Origin: Candidatus Sumerlaeia bacterium
GTDB taxonomy: Bacteria; Sumerlaeota; Sumerlaeia; SLMS01; JANRJK01
DNA length: 64,000 bases
Reading direction: 5' to 3'
NCBI GenBank assembly: GCA_033764015.1
Contig: JANRJK010000031.1
Span: forward strand, 80,987 to 144,986
Positions 1-12,386 of this stretch are shown one piece after another (position 1 is the first letter of the stretch; every line of letters begins with the position of its first letter). The position numbers were made by a program, and so were the translations under genes. The notes under the pieces are model-generated. The model saw only the letters and a list, made by a program, of their open reading frames with translations. It did no database searches and was not told where the DNA came from.

Positions 1-2
1 TC

Positions 3-1118
3 CAGCGCAACCCGGACAACACCACTCAGGTCTTCCGCGACTGGGCCCATGTGCTGAAGGACGCCGGCATCCGGAAGATCGACGGCAGCGTGGTCGGCGA
101 CGACACGCTCTTCCTCGACGACCGCGTCTCGCCCGGCTGGCCGCGGCGGGAACTCGCCGAATGGTACTGCGCCGAGGTCAGCGCGCTCTCCTTCAACGAC
201 AACACGATCGACGTGCTCTTCCGCGCGCCGAAGAAGCAGAACGAGCGCGCCACCGCCACCATCTCCCCGCGCACCGAGTACGCCACCTTCGTCAACAGCG
301 TCCGCACCGGAGCGCCCGGCGGCTACGACAGCGGCGTCCGGTTCTACCGCAACCCCACCGGCAGCGAGGTCGTCGCCCGCGGCCGCCTCGAACCGGGCGA
401 GCGCAAGACCGAGTACGCCGCCATGGCGGACCCCGCCATGTACGCCGCCACGGTGCTGAAGGAGACGCTCGAGGACGAGGGCATTACCGTGGCCGGGCGC
501 CCCGCCAGGGTCCTCGACCGCGAAGAGTCCGCGATCCTCCGCGAGCAGTCCGTCGTGCTCTTCGAGCACACCTCGGAGCCGGTGTCCGCGCTCATGCCGG
601 TGGTGCTCGCGGTGAGCCAGAACCTCTACGCGGAGGTGCTCGCGCGGCACGTCGCGCTGGCCTACGGCGAGCCGGCGGACTTCCAGGGCGCCGGGAACTC
701 GCTGCGCCGGTGGGCGCAGGAGGCCGGCATCCCCGCGGGCAACCTGCTCTTCGCCGACGGATCGGGGCTCTCCCGCGCCAGCCGCCTCACGCCGCGCGCC
801 ATCGGCGAGGCGCTCCTCCGCATGCGCTCCTCGCCGCACTGGGAGCTGTTCCGCGATTCGCTCGCCTACCCGGGCGGGCGGGGTTCGCTGCGGACGCGCT
901 TCACCGACCTCGAGCGGCGCGACCTGGCGCCGCGGCTCCACGCGAAGACGGGCTACATCGACGGCGCGCACGGCCTCGCGGGCTACCTGACGACGCGCAA
1001 CGGCGGGGAGTACGTCTTCGTGATCGTGGCGAACAACGTGTACGCCCCGCCGGAGGCGGGCCGCCGCTTCGTCGAGGAGGCGCTGCTGCTGCTGGACCGC
1101 AGCCCCGCGCTGCCGTAG
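3..1118 (+). CDS. dacB: D-alanyl-D-alanine carboxypeptidase/endopeptidase (PBP4, peptidase S13), 5'-truncated by the window edge
   Basis: Frame is open from position 3. Motifs SxN (VSQNLYAE), DGSGLSR and KTG (AKTGYI) are typical of family S13; the SxxK motif would lie upstream of the window. Confidence 0.9.
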   Translation, partial: QRNPDNTTQVFRDWAHVLKDAGIRKIDGSVVGDDTLFLDDRVSPGWPRRELAEWYCAEVSALSFNDNTIDVLFRAPKKQNERATATISPRTEYATFVNSVRTGAPGGYDSGVRFYRNPTGSEVVARGRLEPGERKTEYAAMADPAMYAATVLKETLEDEGITVAGRPARVLDREESAILREQSVVLFEHTSEPVSALMPVVLAVSQNLYAEVLARHVALAYGEPADFQGAGNSLRRWAQEAGIPAGNLLFADGSGLSRASRLTPRAIGEALLRMRSSPHWELFRDSLAYPGGRGSLRTRFTDLERRDLAPRLHAKTGYIDGAHGLAGYLTTRNGGEYVFVIVANNVYAPPEAGRRFVEEALLLLDRSPALP

Positions 1119-1267
1119 CCGGCGCGCGGGCGGGCCCGATTGGCCTTGTGCCGCCCGGCCCGGGTATTGCTTGCTCCACTGTTCGTATGGGCCGCCGCAG
1201 GGCGGCCCATTTTCATGTCTCCCGGGCCCCCCGCGGCCCGGATCCCCCGCCGCAGGACCCATGCGCC

Positions 1268-2821
1268 ATGCCCCGCCCGAAGAAGAGCGACGAAATCAAG
1301 CCACTCAATATCAAGCAGTTCATCCGTGCGATCTCGAAGGAGAAGGAACTCGAGCCGGAAATCATCAAGCAGGCGGTCGAGTCGGCGATCCTCAGCGCCG
1401 CCTCGCGCCGCGCCAGCGTCTTCAACGACCCGCGCCCGGACCTCAACATCGACAGCGGCGACATGCGCATCTTCGTGAAGAAGAAGATCGTCGTCGCCGT
1501 GAAGGACCCGCGCCGCGAGATCGACATCCTGTCGGCCAAGGCGAAGGACCCCTCCCACATGCTCAACCAGGAGATCGAGGTCGAGATCGACCCGGAGGAG
1601 TTCGGCCGCATCGCCGCCCAGTCGGTCCGCCAGGGCATCCTGCAGCGGCTCCGCGACGCCGAGCGGCTGCGCGTCTACGACGACTTCAAGGGCAAGATCG
1701 GGCAGGTCGTCACCGGCATCGTGCAGCGCTACGAGCGGCGCGACGCGATCGTGGCGCTCGGCAAGTCCGAGTGCCTCCTGCCGGGCCAGGAGATCCCCAT
1801 GGGCGTGCGCTACCGCCCCGGGGACCGCATCCGCTGCCTCATCATCGACGTCCGCAAGTCGCCCAAGGGCCCGCAGGTGATCCTGTCGCGCACGCGCTCC
1901 GAGCTGGTCCGCCAGCTCTTCGCGGTCGAGGTGCCCGAGATCAGCGACGGCACGGTCCGCATCGTCGAAATCGCCCGCGAGCCCGGCATGCGCACCAAGA
2001 TCGCCGTGAACTCCATGACGAGCGACGTCGACCCGGTCGGCGCCTGCGTCGGCATGAAGGGCGCCCGCGTGCAGCTCATCGTCCGCGAGCTCGACAACGA
2101 GAAGGTCGACATCGTCCCCTACTCGATCATGCCGGAGACGTTCATCCGCTCCGCGCTGAACCCGGCGAAGATCGTCGACGTGAAGCTGAACGAGATCGAG
2201 CGCCGCGCGCTCGTCACGGTCGAGCGCGACTCGCTCTCGAAGGCGATCGGCAAGCGCGGCCAGAACGCCAAGCTCGCCGCCAAGCTCACCGGCTGGAAGA
2301 TCGACGTCCGCGCCCAGGAGGAGGACGCCACGATCGCCCAGATGAACGAGCTGGCGCTCCGCTACCTCGAGGACTTCCTCTCGAAGATCGACGGCCTCGG
2401 CAGCTTCGCCAAGGAGGCCATCGCGCGCACCTCCGAGTTCAACTCGGTCGAGAAGCTCGCCGCCAAGCAGCCCCGCGACCTCATGAACTTCACCGGCGAC
2501 AACGAGGTCCTCGCGAAGGAGATCGTCGACAGCGCCAAGGAGTACCTGGAAGCCTACCAGGAAATGGCCGACGAGGCGGTGCTCGAGCAGGACGGCCTCG
2601 GCGACATGCTCCGCAACGTCCAGGGCCTCGCGGCCCAGCTCCGCGGCGAGAAGTTCATGCCCACCGCCAGCTTCGGACCGGTCGAGGAGCTCTCCGACTC
2701 CGACCTCCCCGACATGCTCGGCGCCGGCGGCGTGTTCCATGCCGACCCGACGGACCTGCCGGACCTGCCGGACGCCCCGGACGCCGACTTCCACACGCCG
2801 GAGAACGACCGGGACCTCTAA
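1268..2821 (+). CDS. nusA: Transcription termination/antitermination factor NusA with acidic C-terminal extension
   Basis: ATG at 1268 inside the 161..2821 ORF. Motifs FGRIAAQ, S1 region, VPEISDG, AREPGMRTKIAV, DPVGACVGMKGARV, AIGKRGQNAKLAAKLTGWKID. Confidence 0.96.
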   Translation: MPRPKKSDEIKPLNIKQFIRAISKEKELEPEIIKQAVESAILSAASRRASVFNDPRPDLNIDSGDMRIFVKKKIVVAVKDPRREIDILSAKAKDPSHMLNQEIEVEIDPEEFGRIAAQSVRQGILQRLRDAERLRVYDDFKGKIGQVVTGIVQRYERRDAIVALGKSECLLPGQEIPMGVRYRPGDRIRCLIIDVRKSPKGPQVILSRTRSELVRQLFAVEVPEISDGTVRIVEIAREPGMRTKIAVNSMTSDVDPVGACVGMKGARVQLIVRELDNEKVDIVPYSIMPETFIRSALNPAKIVDVKLNEIERRALVTVERDSLSKAIGKRGQNAKLAAKLTGWKIDVRAQEEDATIAQMNELALRYLEDFLSKIDGLGSFAKEAIARTSEFNSVEKLAAKQPRDLMNFTGDNEVLAKEIVDSAKEYLEAYQEMADEAVLEQDGLGDMLRNVQGLAAQLRGEKFMPTASFGPVEELSDSDLPDMLGAGGVFHADPTDLPDLPDAPDADFHTPENDRDL

Positions 2822-2839
2822 GCCCCCCGCGCCGACGCC

Positions 2840-3409
<570 letters not shown>

Positions 3410-3488
3410 CCGGGGCCCTTTCCACTTCCCCCTTTCCGGGGCGCCGCGCCCAATTCCTCCGACACCATTCCCGGAGGAGGCGCGCGCG

Positions 3489-4577
3489 ATGTTCGTCACC
3501 TACGTCGCCATCGCCAAGAACGAGGAGCTGGTCCTCGAACGGCACCTGCGCAGCATCTCGGGCGCGAACAAGTTCTGGGACCACCTCCTGATCGCGGACA
3601 CCGGCTCGACGGACCGCACCCGCGCCATCGCCGAGTCCTTCGGCGCGCGCGTCGTCGACGTGCCCTGGACCGATTCGTTCTGCGAGGCGCGGAACGCCGC
3701 CGCGTCGCACGCGCCGCCGGAGACGGACCTGATCGTCACCTTCGATTGCGACGAGGAGCTGATCGAGAACGGGCACCTGCTGCGCCCGCGCCTCGAGGAG
3801 CACTTCGCCCTCGGCCACTTCATCATGTCGGTCAAGTTCATCTGGTGGCGGCGCTCGGACGGCACGCCGGAAACGGTCTTCGCCCGCCCCTCGGTCTACT
3901 CGCCGAAGCACTTCCGCTACGAGAACCACTTCCACAACCTGCTGGTCGGCGGGCCGGTGCCCAACCCGCGCGTGTACTTCGAGGACATCCTCCTCGAGCA
4001 CAAGCCGCTCAAGCCGCGCGGCTCCGGCAAGTCGGAGCTTTCGCTCCGGCTGATGAAGCGCCAGATGGCGGACTATCCGGACTCGACCCGGACGCTGTTC
4101 TACTGCGGGCGCGAGTTCGCCTACCGCCGGGAGTGGGAGGAGGCGGCCCGGCTGCTCGAGCGCCTGCTCGAGCGCGGGCCCGCTCCGGAGCACCTGATGC
4201 ACGGCGCCTTCCACCTCGGCGAGGCGCTCACCGCGCTGGGCAGGCACGACGACGCGCGCCGCGCCTACCTGCGCGTCGTCGAGGAGATGCCGAACCGCCG
4301 CGAGGGCTGGTTCTGGATGCTTATCTGGTGCTACGAGGCGCAGCGCTGGCGCGAGGCGGCCTGCTGGGGCGAAGCCGCCCTCGCGGTGCCCTACCACGAG
4401 TCCATGGCCGCGATCATGACCGATGGCCGCGCCTTCGGCCCGATGCCGCACGACCTGCTGTCGGTGGTGTACTTCAACCTCGGGGAGAAGGCGAAGGGCC
4501 GCGCCCACCTCGAGGAGGCGATCCGCCTGGCGCCCGGCGACCAGCGGCTCCTCGACAACCGCAAGTGGTTCGAGTAA
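3489..4577 (+). CDS. Glycosyltransferase family 2 with C-terminal TPR repeats
   Basis: IAKNEE, DTGSTDRT, W.DSF..ARN and a DxD-like DCDE motif, then TPR-like helices; SD GGAGGAGG upstream. Confidence 0.85.
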   Translation: MFVTYVAIAKNEELVLERHLRSISGANKFWDHLLIADTGSTDRTRAIAESFGARVVDVPWTDSFCEARNAAASHAPPETDLIVTFDCDEELIENGHLLRPRLEEHFALGHFIMSVKFIWWRRSDGTPETVFARPSVYSPKHFRYENHFHNLLVGGPVPNPRVYFEDILLEHKPLKPRGSGKSELSLRLMKRQMADYPDSTRTLFYCGREFAYRREWEEAARLLERLLERGPAPEHLMHGAFHLGEALTALGRHDDARRAYLRVVEEMPNRREGWFWMLIWCYEAQRWREAACWGEAALAVPYHESMAAIMTDGRAFGPMPHDLLSVVYFNLGEKAKGRAHLEEAIRLAPGDQRLLDNRKWFE

Positions 4578-4638
4578 GCGGGCCCAGGGCGGGGCCGGAA
4601 CCGGCCAGCCTCGCGGCGGAGTCGGAAACGACTCCCGG

Positions 4639-6150
4639 CTAGCCCAGCAGCAAGAGCGTCGAGAGCGGCAAGGCGACCACGTTCTGTGGAAGGTCCGGCG
4701 GCTCGTCGTCCGTCAACGTCACCAGGATGCCGAAGGGGGCATTGTACGCCGGCCGCCCCAGGAACGAGTGGAGCCCGCGCAAGTCCCGCCCGTCGATCCG
4801 CCGCCGGTACTTCACCTCCATCGGGATGCGCCGCGTTCCGATCGTCAGCACGAAGTCGACCTCCGGTTCGCCGTCGCGCTCCGGGAAGTGCGCCAGATCG
4901 AGGCCGCCCACTAGGGACAGCGAAGCCCCGGCAACGCTTTCCGCCAGCCGTCCCGCGAGGTCCGAAAGGTTTGGCGCCTCTCCGAGCGGCCCGGGTGCGA
5001 GCGGGATCACCTCCTGGAGCCACGCCGCCCGCACCCCGTGGTCCGAGAGGCAAATCTTCGAGAGGTTGCGCTGCTTCTTCAGCCGGATCTCGAGCGGTTC
5101 AACGAGGCGGAGCAGCAGGCTGCCGTGCAGGAAATCGAGGTAGTGGCGTATCCGCTCGGTGCCGACGTCCGCATCGAGGGTCGCACGCGCTTCCGCCGCG
5201 ATCACCTCGTGCCGCGGCGCCTGCCCCGCGTAGCGGCACGCCAATCGGAAGACCTCCTTCAGGAGCCCCTCGTCCCGCCGGCGGCCCCGTTCGCCCATGC
5301 GCAGGTCGTGCTGGATCACGCGGTTGACCACGTTCTCGACCAACTGGTCGGCAACCAGCCCCCACTCGATGCCCGGGTTCTCGTGCGCCACCGGGTAGGC
5401 TCCGCGCGCGCTGAACGCCTCGAACGCCGCGTCCCGCGCCTCCCGGTGTTCCATTCCATGCGCGCGCAAGAAGCGCCAGAAGTCCTCGCGAACCAACTTG
5501 TCCAAGCCATTTCCGTCAAGGAGCGGGGCCGGAAATCCAGTCCCCCGGAACATGGCGATTTCCGAGAGGGCCAGCGGGCTTGTTTCGATTGTGTTGATCC
5601 GGCCCGAGAGGCTGTCGCGACCCGCCTCGATCCGTAGCGCGGAACTACCGGTCACCACGACACGAGCCGTCGCATGGTCCACAAGGCTCTTCAACTGGTC
5701 CGCCCAGCGGGATAGGTTCTGGACCTCGTCGAAGAATAGGAACGCCTCGCGGCCGCCGTGCGCCGCCTCGTTCAAGGACTCCCCGAGTATGTTGCGTTCA
5801 TACCACTCGACAATCCGCAGAATCGGCTCGTCGAGCTTCGACAGGGATGGCAGATCGTCGAACTGGACCAGCAGGATCCTTCTCGGGTCCACCCCCTCGC
5901 GGAGCAGGTCGCCGATGAGTTGGAGGTAGGCGGTGGTCTTGCCAACCTGCCGGGGGCCGCGGACGACCACCACTTGCGCGAGACGCTGCTCGATCCGCCG
6001 TCGAATCCGCGAAACCAAATGGCGCCGGGTGGCCGGAAGCACTTTGCCCGGTCGGCCCTCCCACCACGGATTGAACCGCGACAAGTCCGCGACGACTCGT
6101 TCTCCGAGCGTCGCGGGCGGGAATCGACTCTGTCGAGGGTGGTCGGTCAC
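4639..6150 (-). CDS. AAA+ ATPase (AAA_14 + DUF4143 family) with C-terminal PD-(D/E)xK-like motif
   Basis: Walker A GPRQVGKTT, Walker B FFDEVQ, TGSS, SLSGR, C-terminal EVDFV...MEVK; GTG at 6150 preceded by AGGAG. Confidence 0.85.
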   Translation of the reverse strand: MTDHPRQSRFPPATLGERVVADLSRFNPWWEGRPGKVLPATRRHLVSRIRRRIEQRLAQVVVVRGPRQVGKTTAYLQLIGDLLREGVDPRRILLVQFDDLPSLSKLDEPILRIVEWYERNILGESLNEAAHGGREAFLFFDEVQNLSRWADQLKSLVDHATARVVVTGSSALRIEAGRDSLSGRINTIETSPLALSEIAMFRGTGFPAPLLDGNGLDKLVREDFWRFLRAHGMEHREARDAAFEAFSARGAYPVAHENPGIEWGLVADQLVENVVNRVIQHDLRMGERGRRRDEGLLKEVFRLACRYAGQAPRHEVIAAEARATLDADVGTERIRHYLDFLHGSLLLRLVEPLEIRLKKQRNLSKICLSDHGVRAAWLQEVIPLAPGPLGEAPNLSDLAGRLAESVAGASLSLVGGLDLAHFPERDGEPEVDFVLTIGTRRIPMEVKYRRRIDGRDLRGLHSFLGRPAYNAPFGILVTLTDDEPPDLPQNVVALPLSTLLLLG

Positions 6151-6288
6151 GGGGGGGACTCCTGACGCGGAACGAAGCCACCGCAGCCCTTGCCGTGGCA
6201 ACCCGAGCCGCCGCGACGCCCCCCTGAATCGCGTCCGGGACAGCTCGATCCGCAGCCGTCGGACCGCGTCCGCATCCGCCCCCTCCCC

Positions 6289-8244
6289 TTAAGGCAGCGC
6301 GCCCGCCCGCTCCAGCAGCGCCCGCAGTTCCGCGTTGTCCGGCTGCAGCGCGTAGGCCTCGCGCGCGAAGCGCACCACCTCCGCGTTCTTGCCGAGCCGC
6401 GAGGAGGTGTTCACAAGTTGCAGCAGCAGCGCCGGCCTCTTCGGAGCCAGCGCGTAGGCGCGGAGAAGGTGGCGCTCCGCCATGCGCCAATTCCCCAGCT
6501 CCACGCCGTAGTAGTCGTAGCCCACGCGCTGGTGGAAGGCGGCCAGCTCCGGATCGCCGGGGCGCGTGCGGCCGAGGAACTCGAGGTACTCGTCGATGTA
6601 GGCGACGTGCCGGAGGCGGATGAGGCGCTCGAACTCGGCGAGGAGCGGCGCCAGCTCGCGCGTCTCCTGGTACTCCAGCGCGCGCAGCCCCGCCTTCGCC
6701 TTCACCGCTTCGCCGTAGCGCGGGTAGATGGACAGCGAGCGGTCGACGAACCGCTCCGCCTCCGCGCGGACGGCGGCGCGCTCCTCCGCCGGCGCGCGGC
6801 CCTCGACGACGGAGCGGTACAGGTCGTAGCCGCGGAAGTGCATGGCGCGCGCGCTGTTCACCGAGACGGTGCTGGCGGCCTTGTTCAGCGCCTCGTTGTT
6901 CTCCCAAGCGGGTACCCGCGTCCAAGTACGCACGGCGAAGAGCACCAGCACGGCCACAAGCGCGGCGTCGCGCGCGCGGGCCCACCGCGCCGGCGCCGCA
7001 GCCGCACCCGCCGCCGCCAGGAGGCACCAGTGCACCGACGGGATGAACAGGAACCGCTCGTTGATGAAGGTGCCGATGCCAAACACGATGTTCGAGTAGA
7101 TGCTGAGCGTCGCGAAGTAGGACCACACGGCGAAGCCGGGGAGCTCGCGCCGCAGCAACCCGCGCAGCCCCCACGCCGCCAGCGCCAGGTGCGCCGCCAG
7201 CGGCAGCAGGAACCGCCACGAGTCCGGATCCACGATGGGGATCTGGTACGGGTAGTAGTCGTGCGTGAGCGGATGCGGCACGAAGAGCAGCTTGAGGTAC
7301 ATGCCGAGGCTGTACGCGATGGTGGCCCACTTCTGCGGCGCGCTCATCTCGACGAACGGATCGTTCATCAAGTCCGTGGAGGCCTCGCCGCCGATGCCGC
7401 CCACGACGGAGTGCCGCCATGCGAACCAGGCCGCCGCGGCGAGCAGCAGCGGCGCCGTGCGCCACGCCAGCGCGCGCGGCCCCGCGCCCCGGAAGGTCCA
7501 CAGCGCGAGCGGGACGACGGCCAGGTGCGTGATGGCGGACTCCTTGCCCAGCAGGGCGAGGAAGTAGAGCGGCGCGGCCGCCGCCAGCCACTTGCCGCCG
7601 CCGCCGCTCCGCAGCACGCACCACAGCGCCGCCAGCGAGAAGCCGAGCGAGAGGATCTCGTCCCGGCTCTTGATGTTCGCCACCACCTCGACGTGCAGCG
7701 GATGCACCGCGTAGAGCGCCGCGGCGATGAACGAAACCCGTCGCCACCACGGGCCCGCGCCGTCCGCCGCGCCGAGCAGCGACGCCAGCACCCGCAGCAG
7801 CAGCGCGCAGAGACCGGCGTACAACGCCACGTTGACGATGTGCGACGGGCCTGGCTTCATCTCGCCGAACACGCTGGTCTCGATGGCGAAGGTCACGAGC
7901 GACAGCGGGCGGTAGCGACCCCCCGCCAGCACGCCCTCGAGCGTCCCGCCCAGCATTCCCGCGAAGATGTCGGAGGTCAGGATGTCGGGGATCGCGGCGG
8001 CGCCGGCGCGCACCTGCTTGTTCTCGGTGATGACGATCGCGTCGTCCAGCGCGTAGCCGAAGGTCGCGGTGCGCCCGTAGAGCGCGGCGCACAGGAGCAC
8101 CAGGACCAGCGACGCGCGCAGGAATTCCGCCGCGGTCCACAGCGTGCGCGCCGTCTCGGCGGGCGGCGGCGGCGGGGGCGCGGGCGCCTCCGGGGGTGGC
8201 GGCGCGGGGGGGGTCCGGGCGGGATGCTTCCTGCGGGGGGACAC
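6289..8244 (-). CDS. TMTC-like (DUF1736/GT-C) multipass membrane glycosyltransferase with C-terminal TPR repeats
   Basis: YALDDAIVITEN, YRPLSLVTF, HPLHVEVVANIKSRDE, KESAI, ERFLFIPS, many TM helices, TPR tail. The GTG start at 8244 is an estimate; the 1157-aa ORF call is over-extended. Confidence 0.8.
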   Translation of the reverse strand: MSPRRKHPARTPPAPPPPEAPAPPPPPPAETARTLWTAAEFLRASLVLVLLCAALYGRTATFGYALDDAIVITENKQVRAGAAAIPDILTSDIFAGMLGGTLEGVLAGGRYRPLSLVTFAIETSVFGEMKPGPSHIVNVALYAGLCALLLRVLASLLGAADGAGPWWRRVSFIAAALYAVHPLHVEVVANIKSRDEILSLGFSLAALWCVLRSGGGGKWLAAAAPLYFLALLGKESAITHLAVVPLALWTFRGAGPRALAWRTAPLLLAAAAWFAWRHSVVGGIGGEASTDLMNDPFVEMSAPQKWATIAYSLGMYLKLLFVPHPLTHDYYPYQIPIVDPDSWRFLLPLAAHLALAAWGLRGLLRRELPGFAVWSYFATLSIYSNIVFGIGTFINERFLFIPSVHWCLLAAAGAAAAPARWARARDAALVAVLVLFAVRTWTRVPAWENNEALNKAASTVSVNSARAMHFRGYDLYRSVVEGRAPAEERAAVRAEAERFVDRSLSIYPRYGEAVKAKAGLRALEYQETRELAPLLAEFERLIRLRHVAYIDEYLEFLGRTRPGDPELAAFHQRVGYDYYGVELGNWRMAERHLLRAYALAPKRPALLLQLVNTSSRLGKNAEVVRFAREAYALQPDNAELRALLERAGALP

Positions 8245-8442
8245 GATTCGGGGGCTGCTTGCCTGTTGGGGTTTCGACGGAGACCTCCGGTTGCCGTTGA
8301 CCGGTGCGGCACCGCCGTTCGGGTATAGGCAACGTGTCCCGGAAAGCGCGGGCAACGGCTGGCTGCGGCATGTCCCGCGGCGGCCCGAGCGCGCGCATCC
8401 CGGGTAAGGCACCCTTCCCCTCCGCATCAGGGCCCGTCGCCA

Positions 8443-9897
8443 ATGGCAGATACCAACTCCTACGCCGTCCTGGGGCTCCAAAAGGGAGCCGCGGAAGACG
8501 AGATCAAGCGCGCCTACATCGAGTTGGTGAAGAAGTACGATCCGGAGCGCCACACCGAGCGCTTCATGGTGATCCAGGCGGCGTACAACCGCCTTCGCGA
8601 CGTCGAGGCCCGCGCCCGCGAGGATGTCGCCACGCTCAACGTCGTCCGCGCCGACTTCATGTTCTCCGCCGACGAGGACAAGTGGAACGGCGAGCCCCCC
8701 TCCGAGGAGGAGACGGACGCGCTCCGCCATCCCTACCAGGAAAACCCCTCGGACGCCGCGGCCAAGGAGGCGCTCGCGAAGCACCTCCTGCTCGCCGGGC
8801 GCTCGCACATGCTGCGCAAGCAGTGGCCCGAGGCGATCAAGTACTGGAAGGAAGTCGTCGAGATCGACCCGACGCACATCCGCGCCCGCCACAACCTCTG
8901 CAACGGCTACATCTCCCTCGGCACCAGCTACGCCCTCCACATGCTGGACGAGGAGGCGATCGAGCTTTGGGAGGAGGCGGTGAAGCTCAACCCGGACCAG
9001 GTCGCGATCCTCCACAACCTCGCGATCGTCTACGGGCGCCTCGGCAACTCGCCCAAGAGCGGCTTCTACTGGGCCGAAACGGTGAAGCGCTGGACCCGCA
9101 AGATGAATTCCGGCGGCACCGACTCGGACTACTTCCGCCACTGCATCATCGAAGTGCACCGCATGCACGGCGAGAAGATGGACTCCGCGCCGCAGGCGGC
9201 CTCCACCCGCTCCCCGTCGCCCGCCACCTCCAGCTCGACCTCCCGGGTCGACGTGCCGCGGCAGGTCTCCACCGTGCCGGCGCCCTCCAGCACCGCCGTC
9301 CCGCGCCAACGCGTGCCCGCCCCCTCCGGCGCCTCCGCGTCCCCCGTCGAGCCGACCGCCGGCGAAACGCGGCAGCTCACCATCAACCGCCTCCGCAAGA
9401 TCCTCGAGCTCAACTCCAAGGACGCCGACGCGCACTTCCAGCTCGTCCACGTCCTCATGGAGGAGGGGCAGTGGAACGACGCGGTGCGCGAACTGGACGC
9501 GCTCGCGCGCGAGCACCCGAAGAACACCGAGGTGCTCAACCTGCGCGGGTGGTGCCTGCTCAACTCCGGGCAGGTGGACCCCGCGTTCTCGACCTGGCAG
9601 CGGGCGATGCTGCTGGATCCGAAGGATTCGAAGGTGCGGGAGTCGATGGTCCGCGCGCGGCTCATGGTCGGCAAGCAGCTCCGCGACAAGGGCCTCTTCA
9701 CGCACGCGCTGGTGCACTTCAAGAGCCTGCTCCGCCTGCTGCCTCAGAGCGCCGAGGTCCACCTCGAGATCGCCGCCACCTACGACATGAAGGGCGACGT
9801 GCGCTCCGCGACGAACGAATACCAGCAGGTCATGGCGCTCGATCCTAAGAACGCGATCGCGAAGAAGGCGCTGGTGGACCTGAAGATGAAGCGATGA
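8443..9897 (+). CDS. J-domain-like + TPR repeat protein (non-canonical DnaJ, HPD replaced by DPE)
   Basis: N-terminus SYAVLGL...EIKRAYIELVKKYDPE...FMVIQAAYNRLRD fits the J-domain pattern; two TPR blocks separated by a Ser/Pro/Thr-rich linker. Confidence 0.85.
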   Translation: MADTNSYAVLGLQKGAAEDEIKRAYIELVKKYDPERHTERFMVIQAAYNRLRDVEARAREDVATLNVVRADFMFSADEDKWNGEPPSEEETDALRHPYQENPSDAAAKEALAKHLLLAGRSHMLRKQWPEAIKYWKEVVEIDPTHIRARHNLCNGYISLGTSYALHMLDEEAIELWEEAVKLNPDQVAILHNLAIVYGRLGNSPKSGFYWAETVKRWTRKMNSGGTDSDYFRHCIIEVHRMHGEKMDSAPQAASTRSPSPATSSSTSRVDVPRQVSTVPAPSSTAVPRQRVPAPSGASASPVEPTAGETRQLTINRLRKILELNSKDADAHFQLVHVLMEEGQWNDAVRELDALAREHPKNTEVLNLRGWCLLNSGQVDPAFSTWQRAMLLDPKDSKVRESMVRARLMVGKQLRDKGLFTHALVHFKSLLRLLPQSAEVHLEIAATYDMKGDVRSATNEYQQVMALDPKNAIAKKALVDLKMKR

Positions 9898-10427
9898 TCC
9901 GCGGGCTCCGGCGCTGGCTGTGGTGGGAGAGCTTCCCGGAGTCGCGGCTGCGCTTCGCCGAGGCCGCGGAGGCGCCCGACGGCGCGAGCTACGAGGGCCT
10001 CGCCGGCGCGCTGGTCGGGGAACTGGCCCGGGCGGAGGCGATGCTGAAGCGCCGCCAGGCCGCCGAAGGCGCCGCCCCCGCCTCGGAACGCGAAACGCTC
10101 GCGCTGATGCGCGGCATGCTTCCGACGCTCGATTCGCTCGACCGGATCATCGACTACATCGGACAGGCGGTGGCGCAGAATCCGGAACTCGAGAACTGGC
10201 TGACGTCGCTGACGGCGATGCGCACCAAATTCCTGCGGACGCTGGAGCAGGCGGGATTGACTCCGGTGAACTCCCTAGGGTCTAAGTTGGACCTCGATAT
10301 GCACGAAGTTGTCCGTACCGTGCGCCGCGCCGGGACACCCCCCGACACGGTTGTCGAGGAGACGCAGAAGGCCTATCTCTACAAGGGCAAGCTACTGAGG
10401 GACGCGCGCGTCGTCGTGTCCCAGTGA
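9894..10427 (+). CDS. grpE: GrpE-like nucleotide exchange factor
   Basis: MLPTLDSLDR, LDLDMHEVV, TVVEETQKAYLYKGKLLRDARVVVS; ATGA overlap with the upstream gene. Confidence 0.85.
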   Translation: MIRGLRRWLWWESFPESRLRFAEAAEAPDGASYEGLAGALVGELARAEAMLKRRQAAEGAAPASERETLALMRGMLPTLDSLDRIIDYIGQAVAQNPELENWLTSLTAMRTKFLRTLEQAGLTPVNSLGSKLDLDMHEVVRTVRRAGTPPDTVVEETQKAYLYKGKLLRDARVVVSQ

Positions 10428-10452
10428 ATTCTATCCGGCAGGGGACTCCGCC

Positions 10453-12207
<1,755 letters not shown>

Positions 12208-12250
12208 CGCGGCGCCCCGCCTAACCGCGGCGACAGGACGCATCAGCAAG

Positions 12251-12287
12251 AAGGGACCGGGCCGAGCGCCCGGTCCCTTTCTTTTTT
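12251..12287 (+). terminator. Rho-independent terminator after the Hsp70 operon
   Basis: Stem AAGGGACCGGGC/GCCCGGTCCCTT followed by TCTTTTTT. Confidence 0.8.
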
Positions 12288-12306
12288 CCGTGCCGGCGCG
12301 GCCGCC

Positions 12307-12344
12307 AAAAGGAACGGCGGGGGATGGTCGCCCATCCCCCGCCG
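12307..12344 (-). terminator. Rho-independent terminator for the convergent secreted-protein gene
   Basis: Stem GGCGGGGGATGG/CCATCCCCCGCC followed on the minus strand by GTTCCTTTT. Confidence 0.7.
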
Positions 12345-12386
12345 GATTGACTGCGCGCGAAGCCGGGCGCGGGGCCCGGCGCGCCG

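Noticed and set aside
1156..1171. Sigma-54-like GG-N10-GC element (CGGCCCGGGTATTGCT) upstream of nusA
   Set aside because: It misses the TGGCAC consensus at two positions, and chance matches are likely at this GC content.
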